A stretch of DNA of 64,000 nt from Antechinus flavipes (lineage: Eukaryota), in assembly GCF_016432865.1 (NCBI RefSeq), contig NC_067399.1, forward strand, positions 57,102,001 through 57,166,000, in the 5' to 3' direction. The notes beneath the pieces are model-generated. The model worked only from the letters and a program-made list of their open reading frames with translations, was not told the origin of the DNA and ran no database searches. Of the stretch, positions 23,661-36,940 are shown piece after piece; position 1 is the first letter of the stretch, and every line of letters starts with the position of its first letter. The position numbers were made by a program, and so were the translations under genes.

Positions 23661-25239
23661 TCATCTGCATGGACACTGAGACTGGCAAATCCAATGCTCT
23701 CATTTTTCATATGAGGAAGCAGAGTCTCAGAAAGTTTAAATGATTTGCTCATATCTGCTAAATATATAGATGCTGCTAAATATCACAGGAGAGACTTGAA
23801 CTCAGGTCCTCCTGACTTCAAATTCATCATTCTACAACTAAACCTTTGGGAGCTGAGAATCTGGTCTCCTTCCTTTCTTCCACAAATAAGAAAGGGTTCA
23901 AAATGGATGAAAAGAAGATGGCAGGCATCTGAAACACGGGCACTTTGTTGTCAGTGATGGAAGAATGGACTCAATTACTTACAATATGGAGCTAGGGGGA
24001 GCAGACTCCAGTGAGCTCCTGGCAGAAGCCCTTCGGCTCAGGTCGCTGCAAATCAGGGATCTGCTTGGATGCACACCCAGAAGGATTCTTTGGGCCGCAT
24101 TAAAGATTTATGTCAAATGTTTCTCCTACGGTCTCCAAATGTCAGGTCAGCCCTTGTGACTGTATATCACAAGGGTTTTTTAAAAGTCCCATAAGCTTAT
24201 GGTAAGATCCAAAGAATTAGAGATAGAGGAATGGGGGGCATCTGGAAATGGAAATCGGTCGGCTTGCCCCTAATCTCTCTGCTTTATAGTTAGAGGTTAA
24301 CAGGGAGCAGGGAAGGTTTTTAGGGTTGCTAAGGGACTGGGATTAAGTCTGGGAATGGGATGGTTAAATGTGGAGGCTAGTTCATGACAGGTTCTAGGCG
24401 ACTGCCTCCAGATATATTCTCAGGATTTGTCCAGTCTCATTTAAGTGGGACTTCAATATTTCCCAAAAGAATTGCAAGTGCTGGAAAAATGCATGTGTTT
24501 GGAGGGGGAGGATGGCAAGCTATAAACATTTACATAAGACCTACTATGTTCCAGTATTTCCCTACAAATTTCCCTGCATTTCCCTACAAATATTTTCTCA
24601 ATCTGATCTTCACAGCAATCCTAGGAGCTAGATGGTATTATTAATTTGCATTTAAGCCTTGAGAAAACTGAAGAAAACTGACTTGCCCAGAGCCACACTT
24701 AGGTCTTCCTGACCATGTTCAGTGATCTATCTACTGTGTCACCCTCTGGCTTGTAGTCCTGCTTCTGGATGTATGACCCTGAAGTCTCAATGGGCCTTAG
24801 TTCTCCCCTGTAACATGGAAGTAGTGATGCTTGCTTATCCGTAGGGTTGTTGGGAAGGCTGCATCAAATAATTTATGTAAAGTGCATCGCAGACTGTTAC
24901 TGCTTTATAAATGCAAGCTTGGGGGGCAGGAGCAAGGGGAGGTGGAAGGGAGGAGGTGATTAGATCATAGAATCATAGGTTACAGAACATTCAGGCTGAA
25001 GGAGACTTTAGACATCATGTAATCCAGCTCTTTCATTTAATAGATGGGAAAATTAAGGTGCAGACAGGGGGAAAGAGAAGGACTCATGATCCCAGGGGCT
25101 TGGAGATTTTAGACTTTTACTCTAATAAATTTCAGAATAATGCAAACGAATTTTTATATGGTTTTGCCCTTCTTGTTGAGTGCTGTATAGTGGGAATAAT
25201 CCTAGACTATAAATCTTGCATACAGATTATGTTACAATG

Positions 25240-25500
25240 ACCCTCCCAGTTCTGAATTGTGTTCTAAGGACAAATCTGATATTCCATGTTCTAAGACCTC
25301 CTCAGCTCTGACATCCTGTGTTCTAAGGACCTTATTAACTCTAATTCTATGATGTATAAAGTGTGCCTTAGCTTGTGATACTTAAAAGTTCCTCCCAGCT
25401 CTCATACTGTCTCCTAAAGCCTCTCTGAGTGATATTCTATGTTCTGAAGTCTCTTTGACTTTCCGTGTTCTAAGGTTCCTCCCAGCTCTGACATTCTGTT
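25240..25500 (-). repeat. Degenerate ~32-bp minisatellite, same family as 1198-1420
   Basis: Repeated cctcccagctctgacattctatgttctaagg-like units. Confidence 0.75.
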
Positions 25501-25879
25501 TCCTACCATGCTGTTATTCTGTTTTCACAATCTATGGTTCATAGATATTAAAAAACAATACTGTGCTTTTCCTTGATATTAGAGTCCTGAAATATAATCT
25601 CCTATAATGTCTTTCCTCATCATCCCTAAGAAGGAGATCAAGAATAGTTTTTAGGAGGGAGAGTAGGGAACAAGATTGTGAAAAGACAGGATTTGTCAGC
25701 AGTAACTCTGGTTGGTCAGTGAGATCATCTGACCACACTGGCTCACCTGAGGCAGCTCCCCAAGGAGGAAAAGGAAATGGCAAACTTCTCTAGTATCTTT
25801 ACCAAGAAAATACTAAAATGGGATCACAAAGAGTTGGACATGACTGAAACTACCAAACAACAACAGCCCCTTCACTCCT

Positions 25880-26420
25880 ATGGCTTCTATCTCAGTTTGG
25901 GTTTTCATTACCTCTCACCCGGACTATTATAATCAGCTCATATGTGATATTTCTGATTGCAGTCTCTATCTTCTCCATCCAATCTTCACAGAGCTAACAA
26001 AAATAATTTTCGGATGATACAGATATGACTAGGTCACCAAGATATTTTCTGTGACTGTTACTTTTAGAATAAAAGAAAAAGTCTTCAGCACTTAAAATCA
26101 CCTAATTATGACTCTAGCCTAGCTTTCTTGATTATTTCACTTTATTCCTATTTACACTTGCTTCACTCCAGCTAAGCAGACCTTATGTTCTCTGAATGCA
26201 GAGTGAGAACAAGATTCTCTTTCCTGACCTCATTTCTTTAGCTCAGGCTGTTCCCCAGGCCTAGAAGATGTTCTGTTATCAACTTATTCCCCATATTCTT
26301 TTCTTTCTTTAGCATTTAGCCCAGATAATAACCATCTTCTCTCGAACATCTTTTTTTGGTCTCATTAGTGTTTGGGGCATCCCTTCACCCTTTACTTCTT
26401 CAATTGCCTTTATTTACTTT
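25880..26420 (+). mobile_element. L2 3' fragment
   Basis: ttcattacctctcacccggactattataat...tccaatcttcacagagctaacaaaaataatttt. Confidence 0.6.
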
Positions 26421-27289
26421 TATTTATTTTACGTTATTGAGGCAGTGAAGCAATCCAGTGACTAGAACTCTATTTCTGGAGTTAGGTAGACCGGTTCAAA
26501 TGTAGCCCCAAATACAGATGTGAGATCTTGAACAAAGCTTCCTCTTCTGCAAAAATAGGAATAATAATAGCGCCCATCTCCCAGGATTGTTGTGATGATA
26601 AAATCAGATGATATTTTTAAAGTGTTTGGCAAACCTTAAGGCTTTTTATAAATACTGGTTATTACATGTTTATGTTGGATCCCTCTAGTAGAACCTAAGC
26701 CACTTAGGGACAGGAAAGATTAGGATTTTGTATTTTTTATCAACAGCGTTGAATTGATTAAGAATTAGAATGTCCAGGCTTCCAATGTTAGCTCTGACAG
26801 TAACCAGTTGTGTGACCATAGGTTGGCCACTAGGTCTTGAATCAATTAGTTCCCTCAACTATACAATGGGACTAGTAATGCTGGTACCCACTGCTTTCAG
26901 AGATGCTGTGAGGAAAGGGTGCTGGAAATCTGAGAGTATTCTCAAGTCCAAGAATGCCTGATTTTACTCCCTTTTACTCATCATCTAACTTTGCTTAATT
27001 AACTTCTGGATGGATAAGTGGTATAATGGTACATGGAACTGCAACATGTGGGCACGGATTCCCACTGCTTAACTGACTGACCTCAGGGCAACCACTTATC
27101 TTCTTTACCTTCCTCATCTGTAAAATGGGCAATTCATATTCTTATGACATGTCTGCTGCACAATGAGGAATCATGGGAAATATGCCTCTTAAAATATAAG
27201 GAGATGTATGCATGGGAGCTAATTCATTCATTTTTCTTAGAGATCTCCTGAAATCCTTTGTTCTCTTTAGAGTTCAAATCAAATACCAC

Positions 27290-27725
27290 TTCCTACCAAT
27301 ATAAAGCACTTAATACAGTGCCTGGAAAATAATAGGTGCTTAATAAATGCTTGTTCCCTCTTTTCTCCTCTCTCTTCCTTTTATTTATTTTATGCATTTT
27401 GTATTTATCAGTGTACATGCACCCCATACACTAATAGAATACGAACTTTTTGAAGGCAAGGATTGTTCCATTTCTATAAGTATCACAAGTGCCTAACACA
27501 GTGCCTGGTACATAGTGGGTGCTTTAAAAAATACTTTCTTCCTTCCTTTCCCTTCCTTCTCCCCTTTGTTTATTTTGTATATACGTTGTATTTACTTATC
27601 ATCCTAGCAGAATGTAAGCTCCTTTAGGGCAGGAACTGTTCCATTTTTGTCTTTTTGTCTTTGTATCCTTAATGCCTAACAAAGTGCCTGGCACATAGTA
27701 GGTACTTAATAATCACTTATCAAAT
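27290..27725 (+). mobile_element. Three tandem L2 3'-terminal segments
   Basis: Three ...acagtgcctgg(c/t)acatagtaggtgcttaataaat-like ends. Confidence 0.7.
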
Positions 27726-28139
27726 AGACTTGAATTGAAATATTATTTGTAGCTTGACTCTTCCGTTCCTTCTCTAAAGAGATTTCCTTTATTGAAACAA
27801 CTGACATCCATTCTAGGGCCTCCCATGTCCAGAGTGTGTATCTGACCGCAAGTGGCTTGGATCAAGGGAGCCCAATGTTATTTCCACCCAAAGAAAACAG
27901 CATTTCTTGGCTAGCAGTCAGAAAGAATCAAGGTGGGCCTGAGGCAAAAACTTGACTCTCTGAGACATAATAAAGATAATAACCCTTTACACTCCTATGT
28001 GGGATTCTAAATGCTGTTTGTTATAGAGCAGAAAGCAGTAGAAAGGGAGCCTGGAAGCACAAACTCTAATCCAAGCTCTGTCGACAAATAAACCTTTTCT
28101 GGGTCTCAGTTTTCTCATCTGTAGAATGGAGAAGGAGAG

Positions 28140-28340
28140 AGAGGGGAGAGTGGCTTCTTAAACTTTTTCCACTCGTGTACAAAAAAAAGAGCCATGCCCG
28201 TTGCAGAAAAAGTTGGCCTGGATGGCATGGGTACCACTCTGATCGATTTCTTCTGCATATACTCCAGCTTTCCAATGTTTGTCTTAAAGTATGACATCCA
28301 GATTTGAGCAAAAAGTCTAGATTCACCAAGATTCCTTACT
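28140..28340 (-). mobile_element. L3/CR1 ORF2 fragment
   Basis: Minus-strand AQIWMSYFKTNIGKLEYMQKKSIRVV resembles CR1 VQFWAPHFRKDIDKLESVQRRATRMV. Confidence 0.7.
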
Positions 28341-28479
28341 AAAAAAGCAAGAAGGAGCTGTGTGATCTTGGGCAAGTCAATTTAGCTTCTAGAACCCCAC
28401 TTCCCATCTCTATAAAACAAGGGGATTAGCCTGGGTGATCTCCAAGCACCTTTTATCTCTAAAAACTATGATCCCCTAA

Positions 28480-28679
28480 CAGTGGTTCTCAAATTTTTGT
28501 TTTCAGTATCTTTATCCTATTAAAAATTATTGAGGATATCTCCAGAGAGTTTGTGTTTATCTGGATTATATTTATAGACATTTGCCATATTGGAAATAAA
28601 AACTATTTTTGAATTTGTAGACCCTCTAAAAGGGTTTCAGAGCCCCAGGATTCTCTAGACCATACTTTGAGAACCTCTG
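28480..28679. mobile_element. hAT-Charlie (MER5-like) MITE
   Basis: TIRs cagtggttctcaaa (28480-28493) and tttgagaacctctg (28666-28679). Confidence 0.75.
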
Positions 28680-29444
28680 GTAGAGTCACATATTTCAAGG
28701 TCAAGGCTGCAGGTCCTGGGTACTGGCTTCCCTGTCAAATGCTTTAAAGGGTTTCCCCAAGGTCACAGAGAACTCATAAGATTTAGAGCTAGATGGGACC
28801 TTAGAGATGACCTTATTCAACCCCTTCATTTTAAAGAGAGAGGGAAAAAAAAGATACCTAGGCATCCAAGGTGACATGACCTGCTCGGTCTCATGCATGC
28901 TCAGTCTAGCAGAGCTGGGATTTAAAAATTGGTCTCTCACTTCAAAACTAATGCTCTTTCACAGCATAATGCTGCCTCCTAGGTATCCCTACAGCAGAGC
29001 TGAGACTTGAAACTAGGTCATTTCTTCAACAATCATTTATTTAAAGCCTATCTCCACAGAGACCTAAGCTCATAGCTGAAAGTTGGATGGAAATGTGAAA
29101 ATGAAAAGATGCATTCCCTGCCCTCATGGATCTTCTCATCCCACAGAGGAAGGAGGTAATAACCATGCAATAGAAGGTCTACGTTTGAATTTTAACTCTT
29201 CTTCTTTCTAACTGTTTGAACTTGGGCAAACCGCTTTCTTTCTCAGAGCCTCAGTTTACTTATCTGTAAAATGAGGTAAGTTCTGAAGTCCCTTTAGTTT
29301 TCAATTTGTTCAGTTCACTAAATATTTACTAGTGCCTACTATGTGCCAGACACTGTGCTAAGTGCTAATATCAAAAAAATTAAAAATTTCCATCTCAAGA
29401 AGCTTATAATATAATGATCATATGAATCTGAGATAAATTGAGAT

Positions 29445-29870
29445 AGGTACACACACACACATCTACATATATGCACATAATACAGACACATATGTATGTG
29501 TATGTACATAATGACACACACATGTATGTGCCGTGTTCATACATGTATGTATATACCTGCAGTCAGGTACATATAATATATGCATATATGCACATATAGA
29601 TGCAGATAGATAAATAGATGGAAAGTAGATAAATAGATGAATGGATAGATAAATAAAAAGATGGATAGATGATAGGTAACTGGTTGATGGGTGGATAGAC
29701 TAAAAGAATGAATAGACATATAGATGGATGGATGGATGAATAAATAGACAGATGGATGATAAATGAATAGCTAATAGATTAATAGACAGGTAGTTAGAAA
29801 AATAGATGGATAATGGATAGATAGATGATAGATAGATAGCTAGATAGATGCATGGATACATAGATACTTG
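29445..29870 (+). repeat. (CA/TA)n and (GATA/GATG)n compound microsatellite
   Basis: Direct inspection. Confidence 0.9.
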
Positions 29871-32800
29871 GAATTTGGGGGATCTACTACTTATATGAAA
29901 TTGTCCTCATTGGTAGAAAGAATGATTACTTGATGCTGCCTATTTTTAGGAAAGAAACAGTTGGCAAGACAATTTGGGAGAAAAGAAACCTTTTTCTTCC
30001 TTCTTGTTTTGAGAGAGGGCATGAATGATTCCAGGCTCTTTTTAGGGAGAAATCCAAAAGAAAGTGAAAAGAGCAGACATGTTGGGGACTTTCAGTTGAG
30101 CTGAGAAATCTCATTTTCAGCGGGAGAGGGCTTTCTCTCTTTGTATTGTTTAGAACATTCAAACCTGTATAACTTCTCTGATTTCTATATGCTCTCTGCT
30201 TAAATAAATGGCTCTATTCACTATCTATGATAGTCCTTTGTAAATTTAGCATTTGGTAGGAAGAAATCAAGTCTCAGGTTCCTACTTCACCCCTTCTTCC
30301 TTAAGAGATACTGAATAGGGAAGTAGCTTGAACTTAGAAATAATTTCTGCTAAGCTAGCAATATTTAAGGGAACAGATCAATAGAATTCTAGTCTAGCAT
30401 CTAGTCTATTATCCTTTTCTGAAGACAGCCATGTGAACTAACCTTGTTACCCCAATCTCCTGCTCCTCCGCTGGCAGGAATTAAAGCCCCCTTGGAGAAA
30501 GGTGAGCAAAATTGCAGAGATCCATTCACTCTTTGTTGTGAGCCAAATTTAAACAGCCCATGTGGCCACACATACCTTACTAGTTAAATGAACATGGGCC
30601 AATCACTTCTCCAAAAAGCACTCCAGGCAACTGTTTTAAGACCATTAAATTATAGATGAGTAGCCAGACTGCATATGGAGGGAGTTCACACATCAGGTGC
30701 TTTCCTATTCCATTGAAATCATGGCTTTGAACAAAAGTTTCCCCATCCTTCCAGATACCTGTCTCTAGCCTCCTAGTTCAGGTAAGGAAGCAAATTGGGT
30801 GGGGGAGACATCATTTGTTTTCATGGTGCTATTTGAGACCACAGTCGCCATTTTTAAAACCTGCCTTTGTGCCCTCAGTCCCTTCCCTAACAGCCCTCCC
30901 CTAGATGTACCACACAAGCCAAACTTGATCGGATGTTGTCTGGCAGACTGAAATTCAATGTGTAGCTGTGATTAAGTTACTGGGTTGAAATTAAAATGCT
31001 GGATTGATATCATGTTTTCCTTGGTTCTCTGTTGCATGAGTGTCTCGCAGCTTCAGCCATCTCATAGGTCAGAATTTCTGATTTCGGGATCAGTGATTCT
31101 ATGGATCAGTAATCAGTAATTATGACTTGGGCTTTGGGGTCTGGTTTGCAGACAGATATGCCCCAACTGAGGGTTTTTTTTTTTATTTTGCTTTGCTTTG
31201 CTTTAAAAATCCAATACAATCAAACCAATCGATCTAAACCACCTGAAACTTCTAGCTACTCAACCAACCTTGGGTCATCCAATCTCTCTGAAAGTACTTG
31301 CTCTCTCATAAATCTTGAGCCATTTCTAACTTCAGGCTTCCCTCGTGAATGGTGGTTCCCAGCTTGGCTTGGCATTATAATTGTCTTACCATGAAGTCAG
31401 GAAGACACAAGTTTAAGTTTCCAATTGGATACTTAATGAGTGATTCTGTGCCAACTGCTTCACTGCTGTTTGCCTCAGTTTCCTCATCTGCAAAATGGGA
31501 ATAATAATAACACTTAACTCCCAGAATTGTTGTGAGCATCAAGATAATATTTGTAAAAAACACTTAATTTGGCATTGTGTCTGATACACAGTAAGCAACA
31601 TATAAATATTAGTTATTAATATCAACATTATTATTAATGCTGTCTTTACTCAACCTCTGCCTGCTTCAGAGAAAGGAGAAAAAAAAGAGGAGGAGGAAGA
31701 GAAGAAGAAGGAGATGAAGAAAAAGAAGAAAAGGAGGAGGAAGAGAAGGTTCTAAAGGTTATTTCAGTACCAAATCCCAATACCATCAACTCAATTATAT
31801 CTGCTTTTGTTGGAGTTTTGAGGGCTGGAGGGTGGAGCTATAAACAACCACCCAAAAGCCTTCCTTTATAGAGGACTCAGAATGTTGCAAGCAACTCTCC
31901 ATTCCCCCATCTATCCACATTTTCAGCTTCCTTTTGTGTGTTGGTTCCCTCCACTCCCACTGCAGATTGTAAATTCCTTGAGGGCAGGAGTTGTCCTTTT
32001 CTTTTTTTATATCCTCAAAATAGAGAAAGAGCTTAATAAATGATTATTGAATTGAATTGTGTGATGTTTCCCCCATTAGAATGTAAGCTCCTCGTGGACA
32101 GTAATTATTTCACTTTTACTTTTATATTCTTTTATATTCTCATACTTTGAGCTGCTATCTGGAACATATAGTTGGTGCTTAATAAATGCTTAATAACTGC
32201 TTGTTAATGGACTGATTGATCTTGTGACATACTAAACTTTTCCCAAGAGTAGGAAGATTCATTCTTCTAAATTCTTCTAAAATTATAAATTCTAAAATTC
32301 ATTCATTCTTCTAAATCTTATTTCAGAAACTTAAACTCGGGTCTATCTGACTTCAGACTCAGTACTCTATTACACCACATTACCTCTTAAATTTGGGAGA
32401 AACTATCTAGTCCCATCTTCTTTATGTTATAGACAAAGTGATTGACTTTTATGAGAGAATTGAAATGATTTTTCCAAGGTCACAGGACAAGATCATAGCA
32501 GAAGGGGAGCTAAATTAGTTTCTGACTGGTATCTTACCATTAAAAACACTTTTAAAAAAATTTGGGGAAAAAAAAATTTGGAAAATGGTGACATGATCAG
32601 TAGTGCTTTTTATAATGGCAAAAGCCTGGAACTCCATTTACAAAATCACTCTTAACCTTTCTAGATGTAAGAACTCTGTATAAGTTGGTTTACCAGGATG
32701 AGCTTTGGTTTCCTTGTCTACAAAATGAGCCTAATAATCTTTGTCTTATTGCCCTCAAAGGGTCGTTGTGAGGGTCAAATGGAATAATGAATGTACAAGC

Positions 32801-33779
32801 ACTTTGGCTAAAATAAATATGTTGTTATTAATTGACTGAATTGATGAGGTGCCCTTTACAAACCATATGAGAGTTTCCCCTCATCATAAATACTATTTTC
32901 TCATTATCTACTGGACTCATAGTGACTTGCCCAAAGTCAGAGAAAGCGTGGTATGGCAACAATAATTAATAACAAATAATAATAACAATAATGATGATGA
33001 TCTTTAAGATTTAATATTTACAAACCATTATTTTATATATATATAAAATCTCATTTGACACTCACACCAAACATAAGTAGCTGCTGTAACCATAGCACTT
33101 CCCCTCATTTTCTAAATAAGGCAGAGAGAAGTAAAGTGTCTTCCCCAGGGTCACATAGCTTGTAGATGTCTGAGATCAGATTTGAACTCATGGACATGAG
33201 TCTTATTGAACCCAAGCCTGGGTGCTTTGTACACTATGGCGCCACCTAGTGTCCTGGCGGACAGTATATCTGATTTGTAATCAAGATTAGAAAATTCTGC
33301 CTCAGATACTCATTAATTGTATAATTCTAGGCAAATCACTTAATCTCTCTGAGCCTTGAGTTCTGTAGCTATAAAATGATACCTCTCTCATAGTGTTGTC
33401 ATAAGGATCCAATAACAAAAGTTGTATAAAAATGCAGTGGATAAAATGATGGAAGACAGGAAGAGCTAAATTTAGATATACTTTCTAATACTTACTAGTT
33501 GTGTGATCCTAAATAACTCGGTTAAGCTCCGTTTGCCTCATTATACTCAGTTGTAAGATTGGGATAGTAATAGTCGTGATAACATGCCTGGCACATAGTA
33601 GGGGCTTTATAAATGATATTATTGTTATTTGTAAACGTTAAGATTAAATTATCAAATTAAATTATTAAATAATTATTAAAATTATTAAGTAGCCCTATAA
33701 AGGCCTGATGATTGATTACTTGGAGGGAGGATGTCAAATGTGCAAATATCTCTGAGTTTCTGCATCTGATGCCCTTCCA

Positions 33780-34300
33780 TCCCATGCTGGTGGTTCCCTA
33801 GATGCCCCTCGAGACACCCTAGCTTGGCCCCGTTGCGGTGATGGGGGCTGGGAAACAGGAAGGGAGGGAGAGCTCAGTAAGCAGAGAACGGGGACGGAGT
33901 CCCGGGAAGCTGATTCCAAGGGCAGGCGGGGTGTCAGGTTGCAGCCGCTCAGCCCCAGTGACTTCCTCCCGAGCAGCAGCCACTTCAGAAAGAAGAGCTT
34001 TCATCTGGGCAAACCGGCAACCCGAGGTCACCCATTAATATTGATCAGGATGGAAAGCTGAACTGCTAGAGAGGTGAAGGGAGAGCAGTAAACAGGCCCT
34101 GTTACCTGCTGGCACCCGCGGCCGGGGGAGCGGCTGGGAGGAGGGAGGGGAAGGTAAAGGAGCTGGGTCAAGGGAAGGAGCTTCGGATGGGAGAGAAAAG
34201 GAAAGATGCCGAATCTGTCGGTAAAAGGCATTCCTTCATCCTAGCTCCACTCCCCACGCAGCCCTGTTAAGGTTCTGATGGGCTTGGAGACAGCTATTAG
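33780..34300. promoter_or_regulatory. CpG-rich putative enhancer or weak promoter
   Basis: Cluster of CpGs (cccgttgcgg, cgggacggagtcccggg, cccgcggccgg); FOX site gtaaaca at 34088-34094; ETS-like acttcc. Confidence 0.45.
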
Positions 34301-34329
34301 GGAAAAAAAATCACTTCCTAGTTAGCCTA

Positions 34330-34500
34330 GATATAGAATCATAGAAAGGACCTTAGAATATAGAATCTCAAAACTGAAAGGGGATCTGAGAGCATAGAAA
34401 GTTAATTGGAAGGGACCTTAGAACATGGAATTTCAGAACTGGAAGGATTCAGAACATAGGATGTTAAAACCGAAGAGATATGAGAACATAGCTCAGAGAT
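34330..34500 (+). repeat. Degenerate ~32-bp minisatellite (CR1/MIR3-tail-like)
   Basis: Repeated tagaacatagaat...gaagggacct units. Confidence 0.65.
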
Positions 34501-34664
34501 TAGAGTACTGGACCTGGAGTTAAGAAAATCTAAATTCAAATTGAACCTTAGACAGGCTGGGCAACAAGTCTGTAAACCCTGGTCTGCCTCAGTTTCTTCA
34601 TCTGTAAAATAGGCATAATAATAATTTTTATCTTTCGGGCTTGTAAGGAACAAGTGAGATAATA

Positions 34665-34955
34665 ATGGTTTTTTCCCAATATTTTATTTTATTTTTTATT
34701 TAATAGTTTTTTCCCCCAATTACATGTAAAAATAGTTTTCAACATTCACTTTTGTAGGACTTTTGATTCCAATTTTTTTTCTCCTTCCTTTCCTTTCCTC
34801 TCCCTCCCCAAGACAGCAAGCAATCTGATAGAGGCTATACATGCACAATCATTTTAAACATTTTTATATTGGTCATGTCGTAAAAGAAAAATCAAGACAA
34901 AAGGGGAAAACCATAAGAAAGAAAAAGCAAAGAAAAAAATGTTGAAAAGAATATG
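34665..34955 (-). mobile_element. L1 3'-end fragment
   Basis: ttttcaacattcacttttgtaggac...aagacagcaagcaatctgata. Confidence 0.7.
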
Positions 34956-35014
34956 CTAAATACTTCTTGGCTATGTGACCCTGGGCAAGTCACTTAACCC
35001 AATTTGCCTCATCA

Positions 35015-35120
35015 AAGAAGGAAAGGAATGGAAGAGAAGGGAAGGGAAGGGAAAGGGAAAAAGCAAGGGAAAGAGAAAGGGAAAGGGGAAAGGAAAGGGA
35101 AAGGGGAAGAGGAAGGGGAA
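35015..35120 (+). repeat. (GGGAAA/GGGAA)n purine repeat
   Basis: Direct inspection. Confidence 0.9.
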
Positions 35121-36189
35121 GAGTTCATTTCCATCTTCATTGAGTCTCCACAGTTCTGTGAGATGATATTTGTAAGGGAGTTTGCAATCCTTAAAGTGAT
35201 ATTTATTATTATTATTATTTTAGAGCATAGAATGCCAGAGCTGGAAGGGATTTTTAGAAAGATCTACTCCTGCTCCTTGTTGTGTGGCAGGAAGATTCTG
35301 GATCAGAATCTGGACCAGAGACAGGAAGCAGGGATTCAGGAAAAGGAGACAACTGGACATGTGAGGAGCAAACCCTGGGAGAAAAAAAGAGGGGAAGGAG
35401 AAGAAGAGAGATTGAGCTTGAAAGAAGGAGGGAAAGATGGAAAAGAGATGGGAAAGGAAAGATTGGTGAAGCAGTGAGGAATAAAGGAGGATTGGGGCCC
35501 CAGGTGGTGCTTATATAAGGGAGTAAGGGAAGAGGAGGGAGACAGACAGGAGAAAAAGAAGTAGGGAAAAAAGTAGAAAAGAAGTATTTTTGGGAAAATA
35601 ACAACCGCTTACAATTGAATCATGCTTTGCAAAATTTATTCCACTTTTGTCCTCAAATAACCCTGTAAAGTAGTTACTGCAAATATTCTTATAACAAATG
35701 AGGGAACTAAGGTCAGGGTCATAATGGCTAGTGAATGGTTGAGTCTAGACTCGAACCCAGGCCTTCCAGATCTTTGCTAAGTGCTTTTTGCTGGGTTTTG
35801 CTGGGTTGGGGAATAAGAAGAGGAACAGAAAGCACGTATAAAGGCTATTCTAGAGAAAAACTCTTGTGATCTGAACTCCCTGAGCTTTTTGGGATGCTTC
35901 CAAATATCAGCTATAAGTTATGATCCTGTGATAACCTGGACAACATCTGGAGAAGGATCTCTTGGAGGAACCGGAGGAGAGAGGTTGTTGGGTAGACTGC
36001 TTAGGTATCTGACCTGGAGTCACAAAGACATGGATTCATAAGTCAGCTCTGACCCTTAGAAGCTGGCTGACCCTGGGCCAGTCCCTCTGGAGCTCCATAA
36101 AATAAAGAAGTGGAACTGAAATCCCTTTTAGCCCTAGGACCTCTGGAAAAAGAAAGGAGACCGAAAACCATCCCAGTGGAAAAGTAGTT

Positions 36190-36430
36190 GGTGAATAGGA
36201 GCCTATTTAGCCTAGAAAAGAGAAGACTTGTAGGGAGATATGATATCTGTGTTCCAGAATTGGGGGGTTACAACTAATAATGCTGGACCAAGAGCAACGA
36301 GGAGAGGTCATTGAGGCAGATTTGGGGCTCCACGTAAGGAAAAGCCTCCTAATTAGAGCTAGCCAAAGGACACGGGAATTCCTCAGAGAGTAACGAGTTC
36401 CCTGACACTACAGATCTCCTGGGAGCCTAG
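36190..36430 (+). mobile_element. L3/CR1 3' fragment
   Basis: ctatttagcctagaaaagagaagactt encodes the LFSLEKRRL motif of CR1 ORF2. Confidence 0.7.
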
Positions 36431-36689
36431 TGGACTATTTCAATTCAAATAATCAACAAAAGACCTACCGTTATACAGCAGGGAGGGGTTTTTTGGTGTA
36501 AATGTTGGAGCAAAAGGCTTGGAGCTAGGAAGACCTGGACTTCAGTCATGTCATACTGACTGTGTGACCTTAGAGAAATTATTTAACCTCGGAGGAATCT
36601 AGGCAAGCCTCTGAAACTGGAGCCGCGCAGAGAAGGTGCCAGACTGGATTGGTCCAGGGAGTTTTCTCAGCTGAGATTTGCCCTAATGA

Positions 36690-36940
36690 ATGCTGGAGCG
36701 TACCGATCAATGTTTAACAACCAGCTCTCCCGGAAGAAAAAAACAGATGCACACATACTTTTAAATTTATGATTGCATTGTTAACATTTTCTTCATTGCT
36801 TTCTTAAGCTTAGGCAACAGAACAATAAATCCGTTCCTGATCTGTAGCATTTGCTGATTTCCAAATAGTAAAAGCTCATCCTGAAATTTTAGTAATTGGC
36901 TCTCCTGTGTCAGTATGTGATGGCTTCAGCCTATCTCTGG
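36690..36940. mobile_element. hAT-type MITE
   Basis: aatgtttaacaaccagctctcc...atctgtagcatttgctgatttcc, a recurrent marsupial DNA-element pattern. Confidence 0.5.
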
